Assembly: GCA_013042995.1 (NCBI GenBank)
Contig: JABDPB010000012.1
Coordinates: 25,093-89,092, forward strand
Length of the DNA stretch: 64,000 nucleotides
Source of the DNA: Ignavibacteriaceae bacterium
GTDB lineage: Bacteria; Bacteroidota; Ignavibacteria; Ignavibacteriales; Ignavibacteriaceae
Direction: 5' to 3'
Part shown: piece by piece, positions 8,118 through 17,689 of the stretch
How the letters are laid out: every line of letters begins with the position of its first letter
How positions within the stretch are numbered: the stretch's first letter is position 1
The notes under the pieces: model-generated
Databases searched by the model: none
What the model saw: only the letters and a program-made list of their open reading frames with translations
Told to the model about the DNA's origin: nothing
Made by a program: the position numbers and the translations under genes

Positions 8118-11100
8118 CAGATTTTTCAGTTTGATTTAAAGATTTGAGTTCACGCTTCTGTTCATACTTTCCGATTTTGCCAATAAAAATATAAAGCACC
8201 GGGTAAAAGAAAACTCCTAGAAATGTTGCGATACTCATTCCACCTAAAAGTGCGACACCCATTACTTTTCTGGCTTCAGCCCCTGAGCCCGAAGCAATAA
8301 CTAACGGTAGCACTCCGAGTATAAAAGAAAAAGCAGTCATAAGTATCGGTCTGAATCTAAGTTTTGCTGATTCAATTGCCGAATCCAAAAGAGAAAATCC
8401 TTCTTTAAATTTTTCATTTGCAAATTCCACTATTAGAATTGCATTCTTAGCTGCCATTCCTATCAACATTACTAAAGAAATTTGTGTAAAAATATTGTTC
8501 TCATAACTTGGACTCAAAAATCTTGCAAGAAAAAGAAAGAGCAAAGCACCTAAAATTGCAAAAGGTGTACCCATTAAAATACTGAATGGCAGGGACCAGC
8601 TTTCATACTGAGCAGCAAGAATTAGAAATACAAATACTAGTGCTAAAGCAAAAACCATCATTGCTGATCCAGATGCCTTCTTTTCCTGGAATGACATGTT
8701 ACTCCATTCATATCCGATTCCGGGCGGGAGAATTTCAGCAGCAACTTCTTCCAATGCATCCATGGCTTCAGTTGAGCTGTAACCTTCTGCAGGTCCCCCG
8801 GTTAACTCAACCGAACGATATAGATTATAGCGGTTTGTGAAATCAGGACCGGACACATCTTTTACTTCTATAAAAGCTGAAAGTGGAACACGATCTCCAT
8901 TTATATTTCGTAAAAAGAAAAGATCAACCTGTTCAGCATTCTGCCTGTATTCAGGTTCCGCTTGAATATATGCTTTATAAAGTCTGCCAAACCTATTAAA
9001 ATCATTTACGTAGGCTCCACCCAAAAATGCTCCCACGGTATTATATAAATCATTTAGAGAAATACCAGCTTTTAAAACCTTATCTCGGTTTATATCAATA
9101 AATTTTTGAGGAACACCGGCTTGAAAAGTAGTGAAGATTCTTCCTATTTCAGGTCTTTGCATTGCAGCCTGCATGAATTTAGCAGATTGTTCTGCAAGGA
9201 ACTCAGGTGTGTTTCCACCTTTATCCTGCAGCATAAACGTAAAACCTGAACCTTTACCTAACCCAGGAATTGCAGGTGGACCAAATGCAAATACTTGTGC
9301 ACTATTAATTCCAATATAAAATTCTTTGTTGAGAATGTTAACTAATTCAAGTGCTGTAATATCTCTTTCATCCCAATTTTTTAAAGATATAAAAAGGAAA
9401 CCTGCATTTGAAGACATCGTACCGGTTAGCAGACTAAAACCAACAGCAGTTGTATAATATTCAATTTCTTCGTGCCTTTCTAATATTTTTTCAACGGTTT
9501 TCGCTACCATATCAGATCGTTGCAGTGAAGAAGCGTTTGGCAGTTGGATATTAACATACAAGTAACCCATATCTTCTTCAGGAATAAATCCACCAGGAAC
9601 AAATCTACCTACAATAACAACCAATACTACAGAAATACCAATAAAAATTATTCCTCTGGTAATTTTCCGCGTTACAATATTTGTAAAGTTCATGTATTTA
9701 TCGGTGGATCGATCGAATCCTTTGTTAAACTTTGCAAAGAATTTGCCTAAAAAGCCCTTGTATGGTTTTTGTTTTCTTAATAACAGTGAACACAGCGCTG
9801 GACTTAAAGTGAGAGCATTTACTGATGAAAATGCAACCGATACTGCAATTGTAATCGCAAACTGCTGATAAAGGCTTCCCGTAATTCCACCCATAGCCGA
9901 TACCGGCACAAAAACAGCAATTAAAACCAACGTAGTTGCAATCACAGGTCCAGTAACTTCTTTCATCGCCTGGTTTGTAGCATCTTTCGGTGTCATTCCT
10001 TTTTCAATATTTACCTGAACAGCTTCTACAACAACAATTGCATCATCAACAACAATTCCTATTGCAAGCACGATTCCTAAAAGTGAAAGAACGTTAACAG
10101 TGAAACCTAATAAAGGAAATAAAATGAAAGCACCAACAAGTGATACAGGAATAGCAATTGTAGGAATGAGCGTTGCGCGCCAATCCTGAATAAAAATAAA
10201 AACCACTAAAATGACCAGAGCCAATGCGATAAAAAGAGTTTCAATTATTTCTGCAATACCAGCGGTTATGGGTGCAGTGGCATCTAGGGATATTTCGTGT
10301 TTTATACCTTCAGGAAAATTTTTTGATAGATCAGTCATAGTCAGTTTTACTTTTTCTGCAAGCTCAACTGCATTTGACCCAGGCGCCGGGTAAACCGCAA
10401 GCACTGTGGCAATTTCACCATTTAGCCTTGTTTTCATTCTGTAGGTTTCGACACCAAGTTCAATTCGCGCTAGATCTTTTAATTTAACCTGTGAACCACT
10501 TTCATTTGTTCTAACAACAATTTCACCAAACTCTTCCTCAGTCTGAAGACGCTCGGGCAGACGGACTGTGTAAGTAAACTCATTTCCCGGTGGTGCAGGT
10601 TCATCACCAAACTTTCCCCCGGGTACAATAATATTCTGTTGGCGAATTGCCGCAAGTATCTCAGGGACTGTAATTTCGAGTTGCGCAAGACGATCAGGCT
10701 TTATCCAGATCCTCATTGAATAATCACTTGCACCCAAAACATCTACTCTACCGATTCCCTTAATTCTTGCAAGAATGTCTTTAATGTTTATTAAAGCATA
10801 ATTACCCAAAAAGTTTTGATCATATCTACCGTCCGAAGTAACGGTAACAAGCATTAAAACATTGGGCAGTGATTTTTCGGTTGTAACTCCCAGTCTTTTT
10901 ACTTCTTCAGGGAGTTTTGCGGTTGCAGAAGAAACTCTGTTTTGCGCAAAAACGGTGTTCATATCGGGATCAGTACCAACATCAAATGTAATTTGAATGT
11001 TCATAGTTCCATCATTTGAGTTGATGGATTTCATGTAAAGCATATTTTCAACACCATTTATCTGCTGCTCCAAGGGTGACGTTACCGATTCCTCAACATT

Positions 11101-11271
11101 CAGTGCACTTGCACCTGTATAATTTGCCCTTACAGAAACCATTGGCGGAGTGATATTGGGATACTGTTCAATTGGAAGTCCAATGAGAGATATAACTCCG
11201 ATAATTAGGGTCACAATGGCAATTACAATTGCAACAACTGGTCTATTTACGAAGAAGTTTTGTTTTTTCAT
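8110..11271 (-). CDS. RND multidrug efflux permease (AcrB/HAE1 family)
   Basis: 1053 aa, 12-TM architecture. N-terminal FFVNRPVVAIVIAI...EQYPNITPP, plus VVDDAIVVVE and the other conserved AcrB blocks. Confidence 0.95.
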   Translation of the reverse strand: MKKQNFFVNRPVVAIVIAIVTLIIGVISLIGLPIEQYPNITPPMVSVRANYTGASALNVEESVTSPLEQQINGVENMLYMKSINSNDGTMNIQITFDVGTDPDMNTVFAQNRVSSATAKLPEEVKRLGVTTEKSLPNVLMLVTVTSDGRYDQNFLGNYALINIKDILARIKGIGRVDVLGASDYSMRIWIKPDRLAQLEITVPEILAAIRQQNIIVPGGKFGDEPAPPGNEFTYTVRLPERLQTEEEFGEIVVRTNESGSQVKLKDLARIELGVETYRMKTRLNGEIATVLAVYPAPGSNAVELAEKVKLTMTDLSKNFPEGIKHEISLDATAPITAGIAEIIETLFIALALVILVVFIFIQDWRATLIPTIAIPVSLVGAFILFPLLGFTVNVLSLLGIVLAIGIVVDDAIVVVEAVQVNIEKGMTPKDATNQAMKEVTGPVIATTLVLIAVFVPVSAMGGITGSLYQQFAITIAVSVAFSSVNALTLSPALCSLLLRKQKPYKGFLGKFFAKFNKGFDRSTDKYMNFTNIVTRKITRGIIFIGISVVLVVIVGRFVPGGFIPEEDMGYLYVNIQLPNASSLQRSDMVAKTVEKILERHEEIEYYTTAVGFSLLTGTMSSNAGFLFISLKNWDERDITALELVNILNKEFYIGINSAQVFAFGPPAIPGLGKGSGFTFMLQDKGGNTPEFLAEQSAKFMQAAMQRPEIGRIFTTFQAGVPQKFIDINRDKVLKAGISLNDLYNTVGAFLGGAYVNDFNRFGRLYKAYIQAEPEYRQNAEQVDLFFLRNINGDRVPLSAFIEVKDVSGPDFTNRYNLYRSVELTGGPAEGYSSTEAMDALEEVAAEILPPGIGYEWSNMSFQEKKASGSAMMVFALALVFVFLILAAQYESWSLPFSILMGTPFAILGALLFLFLARFLSPSYENNIFTQISLVMLIGMAAKNAILIVEFANEKFKEGFSLLDSAIESAKLRFRPILMTAFSFILGVLPLVIASGSGAEARKVMGVALLGGMSIATFLGVFFYPVLYIFIGKIGKYEQKRELKSLNQTEKSDE

Positions 11272-11277
11272 TTGTTT

Positions 11278-12435
11278 TTATTCGATGGGCTCTAAAGGTT
11301 TAACTTCTTTTACGACTGGTTTAATTGTCATTCCTTCTCTTACTTTTTGTATTCCTTCATAAACAATCATTTCATTTGCTTTTAATCCATCTGTGATTAA
11401 CCAGAAATCACTGTATTTCTGTCCAACCTCAATTCTTCTCTTTTCAATTTTATTGTCTTCATCTAGTATCAGTACGCTGAAAATCCCCTGGATTTCACTC
11501 ACACATCTTTGAGGAATAAGTATACCTTCTTCCACATAATTAACTAAAGCTTTAACTTTTGCAAACTGTCCAGGTCGTATAAGACCGGTTGGATTAGGGA
11601 ATGATGCTTGAATTAATACCGCTCCTGTCAACGGATCTACACCTCTATCAATAAAGTTGATAACTCCTTTATGTTCGTGAATTGAACCGTCTGTTAGGAT
11701 CAATTGAAGGTTTGGTTTTTGCTTTTCTAATTTTATTTTATTTCCTTTTTCATCTTTTCCCTCGATATACCTACGTGCAAATTTCAGATAATCATTTTCA
11801 GTCAGAAAGAATTCTACTAATATTTGGTCGATCTGGGAAACAACATTTAATATCACAGGATTAGGACTTTGCCCGACAAAATCTCCCACTTTAGCCTTTG
11901 TTTTACCTATTATTCCGGTTAATGGAGAATAAATTTTTGTATAACCAAGATTTATTTGAGAGGCTCTCAGGTTTGCTTCTGCAGCTTCCAAACCGGCAAG
12001 TGCAGCATCATAATTTGTCTGAACTGCATCCAGATCGCTTTTACTAATTGCGTTGACTTCTGCAAGAGGCTTATAACGATTCAGTTCATTTTCTGCGTTC
12101 GCAAGCAATGTTTTAGCCTCAGCAAGTGCACTCAGTTTTGCCGCAACATCCTGTTCATAGAGTTGACTTTCGATTCTGTAAAGTAGCTTACCTTTCTCAA
12201 CTTTAGTTCCTTCATTAAAATAGATTTGTTCCAAGTACCCGACTACTCTTGCGCGAATTGAAATATCTTTTAATCCGTAAACTTCACCTACAAACTCCTG
12301 GTATATTGGAATACGTTGAGTTTCAGTTTTATATACCGGAATTTCAGGAGTAAACATTTGCTTCTGTATATCATCACCACAGCTTATAAAGAGAAGTAAG
12401 CTAATTGAAGCGATTAGTATAAAAAATTTTTTCAT
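11278..12435 (-). CDS. RND efflux periplasmic adaptor (membrane fusion protein, AcrA-like)
   Basis: Lipobox FISC, coiled-coil hairpin, LGYTKIYSPLTGIIG lipoyl-like motif. The ORF extends to 12459, but the signal peptide begins at MKKFF (12435). Confidence 0.9.
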   Translation of the reverse strand: MKKFFILIASISLLLFISCGDDIQKQMFTPEIPVYKTETQRIPIYQEFVGEVYGLKDISIRARVVGYLEQIYFNEGTKVEKGKLLYRIESQLYEQDVAAKLSALAEAKTLLANAENELNRYKPLAEVNAISKSDLDAVQTNYDAALAGLEAAEANLRASQINLGYTKIYSPLTGIIGKTKAKVGDFVGQSPNPVILNVVSQIDQILVEFFLTENDYLKFARRYIEGKDEKGNKIKLEKQKPNLQLILTDGSIHEHKGVINFIDRGVDPLTGAVLIQASFPNPTGLIRPGQFAKVKALVNYVEEGILIPQRCVSEIQGIFSVLILDEDNKIEKRRIEVGQKYSDFWLITDGLKANEMIVYEGIQKVREGMTIKPVVKEVKPLEPIE

Positions 12436-12578
12436 AATAAACTCAGAATCATAGTTCAAAATTTCTAATTTTAATTTTGTATTCTCCTAGAACCCCCCAG
12501 AATGTATGGCAAATTTGATTTAAAAAATTATTCGTACCAAATATTCGTATATTTTTAAGTAAGATTTTTCAAATAAAT

Positions 12579-13667
12579 ATGCCCAAGATTACTTTATTCT
12601 TAATATTATTCATCGCAATCAATGTGCTTGCTCAAAATGAAGATCAAGATACAACTGATGTAAAGCGAATAACCTGGTTTGCATATCCTTTTGCATTTTA
12701 CAGCCCAGAAACAAGTCTGGCTTTTGGTGCTGGTGGTATAATCTCATTCAAACTTTCTGATAGATTTGGTTCTAAACCTTCAAGTATTACAGCATCTGGT
12801 TACTATTCAATTAACAATCAATATGATTTAACAATTCAACCAGAAGTCTATTTGTTAGAAGATAAATTAAAACTTTGGTCTAAATTTAATTATGGTAAAA
12901 TTTTCGATTTTTTTTACGGCGTTGGTAACAGTTCTCCGAAAATTGAAAATGATAGATACCTTCAAGAAAACATTCTCTTTCAGTTTAAAGTTCAACCCAA
13001 GCTGTTTGATGAAAGATTAAACCTTGGCATTAACTATGAGTTTAGAAGAATGAATGTTGCTGATCCGCGAGGAAATCCATTTTTAGAAAGCAAAACTTTT
13101 CCAGGAAGTAATGGTGGTACAACTTCAGGAGTTGGTGTTGCCATTAGCTGGGATTCCAGAGATAATATCTTCTACCCTAGCACTGGTGGTTATTATGAGC
13201 TGAGCACGACTAATTTTAGTAAAGTAATAGGTAGTGATTTTGAATATAGAAAATTTATTTTTGATTTTAGAAGATTTTTCTCTCTCCCAATCAACCACGT
13301 AATTGCTTTCCAGACTTATTTTATGATTCAAGGTGGTTCACCACCATTTTACGATTTGGCATTGTTGGGTGGTGATAGACTTATGCGAGGGTATCTTGCT
13401 GGAAGATACAGAGATAAAGCATACTATGTAATTCAAAGTGAATATAGAATCCCTGATCTTGTTTGGAAATTTGGATTGGTGTTTTTTGGTGGATTTGGAG
13501 ATGTTGCAGCTAAACTAACCAAGATAGAAATTGCAACCGTCAAACCAACTTATGGTGTTGGAATTAGATTTAGATTTGACGAAGAACAAAAGTTAGATTT
13601 AAGAGTTGATGTTGGCTTCGGCAGGGGAACAAATGGAGTTTACTTTAGTGTTAACCAGGCGTTCTAA
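12579..13667 (+). CDS. Omp85/BamA-family outer-membrane beta-barrel protein, barrel only (no POTRA)
   Basis: Signal peptide, LGGDRLMRGYLAGRYRDK, YGVGIRFRF, C-terminal ...VYFSVNQAF. At 362 aa it is too short for POTRA repeats. Confidence 0.75.
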   Translation: MPKITLFLILFIAINVLAQNEDQDTTDVKRITWFAYPFAFYSPETSLAFGAGGIISFKLSDRFGSKPSSITASGYYSINNQYDLTIQPEVYLLEDKLKLWSKFNYGKIFDFFYGVGNSSPKIENDRYLQENILFQFKVQPKLFDERLNLGINYEFRRMNVADPRGNPFLESKTFPGSNGGTTSGVGVAISWDSRDNIFYPSTGGYYELSTTNFSKVIGSDFEYRKFIFDFRRFFSLPINHVIAFQTYFMIQGGSPPFYDLALLGGDRLMRGYLAGRYRDKAYYVIQSEYRIPDLVWKFGLVFFGGFGDVAAKLTKIEIATVKPTYGVGIRFRFDEEQKLDLRVDVGFGRGTNGVYFSVNQAF

Positions 13668-13692
13668 GTTTCCATTGTTATAAACTTATTTT

Positions 13693-14787
13693 TTGAAGTC
13701 GGTAACTTTTTATATAGTAGTTTTCCTAGTCTTATATTCTATTCTTACTATCACAAATTTTTCACAGCAAAAAGATTCAATTGAATCGAATGAGTTTGAT
13801 TGGTACGCAGTCCCAATAGTTTTTTACACTCCTGAAACAGATCTATCACTGGGTGCCTTAGCTATGATTTTATTTAGACTTACTGATCAATTGAATTCAA
13901 GACCATCTAGTACACGGTTTGTTGGATATTATACATTGAATTCTCAATATAGTTTTGCTATTAAACCCGAAATATATTTTAATGATGATAAGAACTTGCT
14001 TCAATCTGATTTTAGTTATTCAAAAATTATTGATAAATATTACGGACTCGGGAACGATACAGAGGAAATTGATAATCCAGATTATGAAGCCAGAAGTTTT
14101 TTATTGGGTGCAAAATTTCAATCACAAATATTTCCTAATTTTAGAGCAGGTTTGATATACGAATTCAGTTATGCGAAGATTATCGATGCTAAGGAAAATC
14201 CCTATTTAAATTCGGGCTCTGTAACTGCTAGCGATGGAGGGATAAACTCGGGATTAGGTTTAGCTGTTAGTTACGATTCGAGAGATAAACTTTTCTATCC
14301 TGAAAGTGGCGGTTACTACGAGTTTTCTTCGGTTTTTTTTAATAGTGTCATTGGCAGTGATTTTAGTTACACTAAAACACTATTTGATTTCAGAAGATTC
14401 CACAAAGTTGGCAGCAATCAAGTTGTAGCCTTCCAATTTTTCTATAATTTCATTATTGGTTCTGCACCCTTTTATGATGTGCCTCCACTTGGTGGAGAAG
14501 ATATTATGAGAGGTTATTTTCGTGGCAGATACAGGGATAACCACTATTTTGCTGCTCAACTTGAATATCGCTTAAGATTCTGGTGGAAATTTGGAGCTGT
14601 TGGTTTTATAGGTGTGGGAGATGTTGCTAGTAGGCTTACAAAATTTGAATTGAAAAAATTTAAATACTCATACGGAGCTGGTTTGCGGTTTAGAATTGAT
14701 GATGCAGAACTAATAGATCTTAGAGCAGATCTAGGCTTTGGTAAGGGTACTTTCGAAGTATATTTTAGTTATAACCAGTCCTTCTAA
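13693..14787 (+). CDS. Omp85/BamA-family barrel-only outer-membrane protein, tandem paralog
   Basis: Collinear with the preceding ORF at roughly 40-50% identity by eye (LGGEDIMRGYFRGRYRDN, YGAGLRFRI, ...YFSYNQSF). TTG start. Confidence 0.75.
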   Translation: MKSVTFYIVVFLVLYSILTITNFSQQKDSIESNEFDWYAVPIVFYTPETDLSLGALAMILFRLTDQLNSRPSSTRFVGYYTLNSQYSFAIKPEIYFNDDKNLLQSDFSYSKIIDKYYGLGNDTEEIDNPDYEARSFLLGAKFQSQIFPNFRAGLIYEFSYAKIIDAKENPYLNSGSVTASDGGINSGLGLAVSYDSRDKLFYPESGGYYEFSSVFFNSVIGSDFSYTKTLFDFRRFHKVGSNQVVAFQFFYNFIIGSAPFYDVPPLGGEDIMRGYFRGRYRDNHYFAAQLEYRLRFWWKFGAVGFIGVGDVASRLTKFELKKFKYSYGAGLRFRIDDAELIDLRADLGFGKGTFEVYFSYNQSF

Positions 14788-14903
14788 TTCTTTATAAGTT
14801 AATTAAAATTTGAACTAATAATTTGAATCTTTTGTCATGAGGTAAATCATTTTTATTTTTACACATTCTAATGATAGCTTTTCTAAAAGAGCCTTAAATC
14901 CTT

Positions 14904-15602
14904 ATGGTATATAAAACTAAAAAAGGTAAGTTTTTTTATCTTTTTTGTGCAATAACTTTGTATCTAATAGTTTCCCCCTTTTTTGAGGGAGAGAATTTTA
15001 AAGATGTTCTAATGAGCCTTCTTTTTACTTCGATTTTATTCGCTGGTATTTATGCTATTAGCACCAATAAAAAACACCTGATAACAGCAATAATTTTAGG
15101 GGGTTTTGCGTTTCTGGGTATTTGGTATGGTGCTGTTGTTGAACCATCCGGTGGATTTGGATTAGCACTTGTCATTGTAGCTGTAATATGCCAAATCGCC
15201 TTTATCGTATATGTAATTACCTTAATACTTTCTAATATATTACTGATTAAGACTGTTACATCTGACACTATATATGGCGCTGTATCAATTTACCTCTTAA
15301 TTGGACTTGCATTCACCCTATTTTATCTTCTTATTGAATTCCTACAACCTGGTTCATTTTATATTAATGATGTTCAGAATTTAAACAGTCAAATAGACCA
15401 ATTTGATATAATCTATTTCAGTTTTACAAGCTTAACAACTCTTGGATTTGGTGACATTACACCTGTTACCTCGATAGCCCGTATCACTTCGATTATCGAA
15501 GCTATGTTGGGTGTATTTTATCTTGCAATATTAATCGCCCGCTTTGTGGGGATTTTTATTGCACAAACAATGGAATTATCAAGTGAAAAAATTAAAGAGT
15601 AA
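14904..15602 (+). CDS. Potassium channel family protein (pore-loop TLGFGD)
   Basis: Multi-TM protein with the selectivity-filter-like FSFTSLTTLGFGDITP between two C-terminal TM helices. Confidence 0.75.
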   Translation: MVYKTKKGKFFYLFCAITLYLIVSPFFEGENFKDVLMSLLFTSILFAGIYAISTNKKHLITAIILGGFAFLGIWYGAVVEPSGGFGLALVIVAVICQIAFIVYVITLILSNILLIKTVTSDTIYGAVSIYLLIGLAFTLFYLLIEFLQPGSFYINDVQNLNSQIDQFDIIYFSFTSLTTLGFGDITPVTSIARITSIIEAMLGVFYLAILIARFVGIFIAQTMELSSEKIKE

Positions 15603-15644
15603 CTTAATTCAGTCATATGTGTTTTATGAAGAGAAAAAATTTCA

Positions 15645-15791
15645 AAATTTGAATTCAAAAAATTTAAATACTCCTACGGAGCTGGCTTGCGCTTTAGAAT
15701 TGATGAAGATGAATTAATTGACCTTAGATTGGACTTAGGCTTTGGTAAAAGTACATTCGAAGTGTACTTCAGTTATAACCAGGCGTTTTAA
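15645..15791 (+). pseudogene. 3'-terminal remnant (48 codons plus stop) of a third Omp85-barrel paralog
   Basis: Translates to KFEFKKFKYSYGAGLRFRIDEDELIDLRLDLGFGKSTFEVYFSYNQAF*. About 80-85% nt identity by eye to 14641-14787, with no upstream coding continuation. Confidence 0.8.
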
Positions 15792-15802
15792 GAATCCAGA
15801 AT

Positions 15803-17689
15803 TTAAAAATAATACCTCCAGTCAAAAGCTGCTCGGAACCCAATATACCAAACAGGACGTAACTTAGGCGTTTCAAGTCCTTCTGGTAAAACAATATTTG
15901 AACTATGTGGAATATCTACTCCAAAATTTAGTTGGATAACCAGACTCGAGCTTTGATCTAACGAAAACGTTCTGAAAGGACGGTATTCAAAAAATGGAAA
16001 ATCAAGCTGGGTGGATTTGAAATTTACAAGAGCTGTTTCATCTTCGTCGATTGAAACAAGGATTGCGTCTTTTTGTTTTCCTCTTCCATATAAGGTCACA
16101 CCAATTTCTCTCCCTAAAATAAATTGTATCCTACCTATTCCAGTTTCAATTCCTGCCTGCCAGGGGATTAGTCCACCAAGGCCAGCAGTAACGGCCATAC
16201 TTGCATATGTTTCTGGTGAAAATAGTAGAATAGGTGAAGTAATTAAAAGATCTAAAGGAAGCAGCCAGAATGGCATTCGAAAACGAAAATTGAATCCCTC
16301 GCGACCTGGAATAGCAGCAGTAAATTGTCCGCCTTCTTCAAGAACAGTCGAATTACCAAATCTCATTGTTGATGGGCCATCCTGTCTCCATCCGAAATCC
16401 AAAAAAACCAATCCATCACCACCACCATGCATGACACCTTCAATTCCAAGTCCTACTCTAATTCCAGCATCCAGTCCTCCTAAAGCACCAGGCTTGCTTT
16501 GATTTGTCCCAAAACCACCACTAACCGTGTTGCCGCGTACAGAGGAAACTGCACCGATAAACAATCCTAATTCAGTTCTGAAGCGAGGCAATTCACCTAA
16601 ACCTGTAGCTAAACCTGGAACAGGAGTAGTTACTAAAATTTTTGCGATTGGATCAATTAATTCCGGATCGATTTCACGTGGTAACATAAAACTATTAGCA
16701 CAAACACTAAAACTATCTGGTGAAGCTTTTAAAATCTCATTACCATACTGATAATCAAAGGCGAATTTTCCTGATGCCGCATCAAGAAATTGCTCAATAC
16801 TTGTGCGGATAGGAATTGCAGCAAGTTCGGCATCATTCACTCGCATAAAAGCATCACCGGTTAATATCATTCTGCGTCCATCCCACGTAGAAATTTCCAG
16901 TCCCTTTTCATTATAATAATCGTGAGTACCTTTTCTTTGAGATGCATCTCCCCACGTTCCAGCAGTATGTCCTGCTGCAAATGAGTCTTGAAGAAAGTGC
17001 AAAGCAAATGCTTCATCTGCAAGAGCAGAGAGAATTAATGCTGATCGTTCTTCATCAGAAAGATTTTCGTTGAAAAATTTTGAAGCCTTCAAAAGTGCAC
17101 TAACGTGAAACCAGGTGTATGCACCCAAGGAATTAAGTTCTGCACCCTCGGAAAGACAAGCTGTTAAGTATTCACGAACGTTTGTATCTGCATTCGGACG
17201 TGCCAGTAAGAAGTGTACATTATTTGAACCCGCCCTCGTTGCATATTCGGGATCAACTCTTTGAAATTTAATATCAGAATCTCTTATAGCATTAATATGT
17301 TCATATCTATTCTTTGATTCATATAAATCGATTTTAAGCTGAGCTGCAATATTTGCAACTTGTAATATCCAATCAGTTTGCAAAACGTTATAAAGCATAT
17401 TTTCTGGTGAGCAGGAGTGATCCCCTGATATTGCAGGCCATGATGCATAATCCAATTGAGTTGGGTTTACACTTTGAGTTGCATCTATAACTGCTGTTGT
17501 AAGCCTTTCTTCATAACCTGTTCTTGCTTTTGCCCAAAGTTCATCAAGAACTGAACGATACTCAGGACTGAGGTTTTGGATTGCTAGAAGTGTTATATCT
17601 CTGTGCTCAGGGTAAATCCATCCATAAGCTTTTATCGAAAGAAAGAATAATAAAACGACTGAGACAAAAGATTGTTTAAATAATTTCAT
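15803..17689 (-). CDS. Secreted phospholipase C/P1 nuclease-fold zinc enzyme-like protein with a C-terminal Gly-rich beta-barrel-like domain
   Basis: Signal peptide ending AYG, then W-IYPE-H (mature N-terminal Trp with His five residues later, as in P1/S1 nuclease). HFLQDSFAAGH has the H-x3-D-x5-H spacing of PLC and P1 nuclease. The C-terminal ~270 aa has alternating-hydrophobic strands and ends ...FDWRYYF. Confidence 0.55.
   Translation of the reverse strand: MKLFKQSFVSVVLLFFLSIKAYGWIYPEHRDITLLAIQNLSPEYRSVLDELWAKARTGYEERLTTAVIDATQSVNPTQLDYASWPAISGDHSCSPENMLYNVLQTDWILQVANIAAQLKIDLYESKNRYEHINAIRDSDIKFQRVDPEYATRAGSNNVHFLLARPNADTNVREYLTACLSEGAELNSLGAYTWFHVSALLKASKFFNENLSDEERSALILSALADEAFALHFLQDSFAAGHTAGTWGDASQRKGTHDYYNEKGLEISTWDGRRMILTGDAFMRVNDAELAAIPIRTSIEQFLDAASGKFAFDYQYGNEILKASPDSFSVCANSFMLPREIDPELIDPIAKILVTTPVPGLATGLGELPRFRTELGLFIGAVSSVRGNTVSGGFGTNQSKPGALGGLDAGIRVGLGIEGVMHGGGDGLVFLDFGWRQDGPSTMRFGNSTVLEEGGQFTAAIPGREGFNFRFRMPFWLLPLDLLITSPILLFSPETYASMAVTAGLGGLIPWQAGIETGIGRIQFILGREIGVTLYGRGKQKDAILVSIDEDETALVNFKSTQLDFPFFEYRPFRTFSLDQSSSLVIQLNFGVDIPHSSNIVLPEGLETPKLRPVWYIGFRAAFDWRYYF

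Noticed and set aside
12436-12459. The upstream ATG at 12459 as the start of the RND adaptor gene.
   Set aside because: The lipoprotein signal peptide begins at the second Met (MKKFFILIASISLLLFISC), and the eight extra residues would precede it. The start at 12435 is preferred but unproven.
14788-15644. The K+ channel gene as cargo of a classical mobile element (IS or transposon).
   Set aside because: No transposase or integrase ORF and no terminal inverted repeats. The flanking repeat is 147 bp of diverged coding sequence rather than a short target-site duplication.
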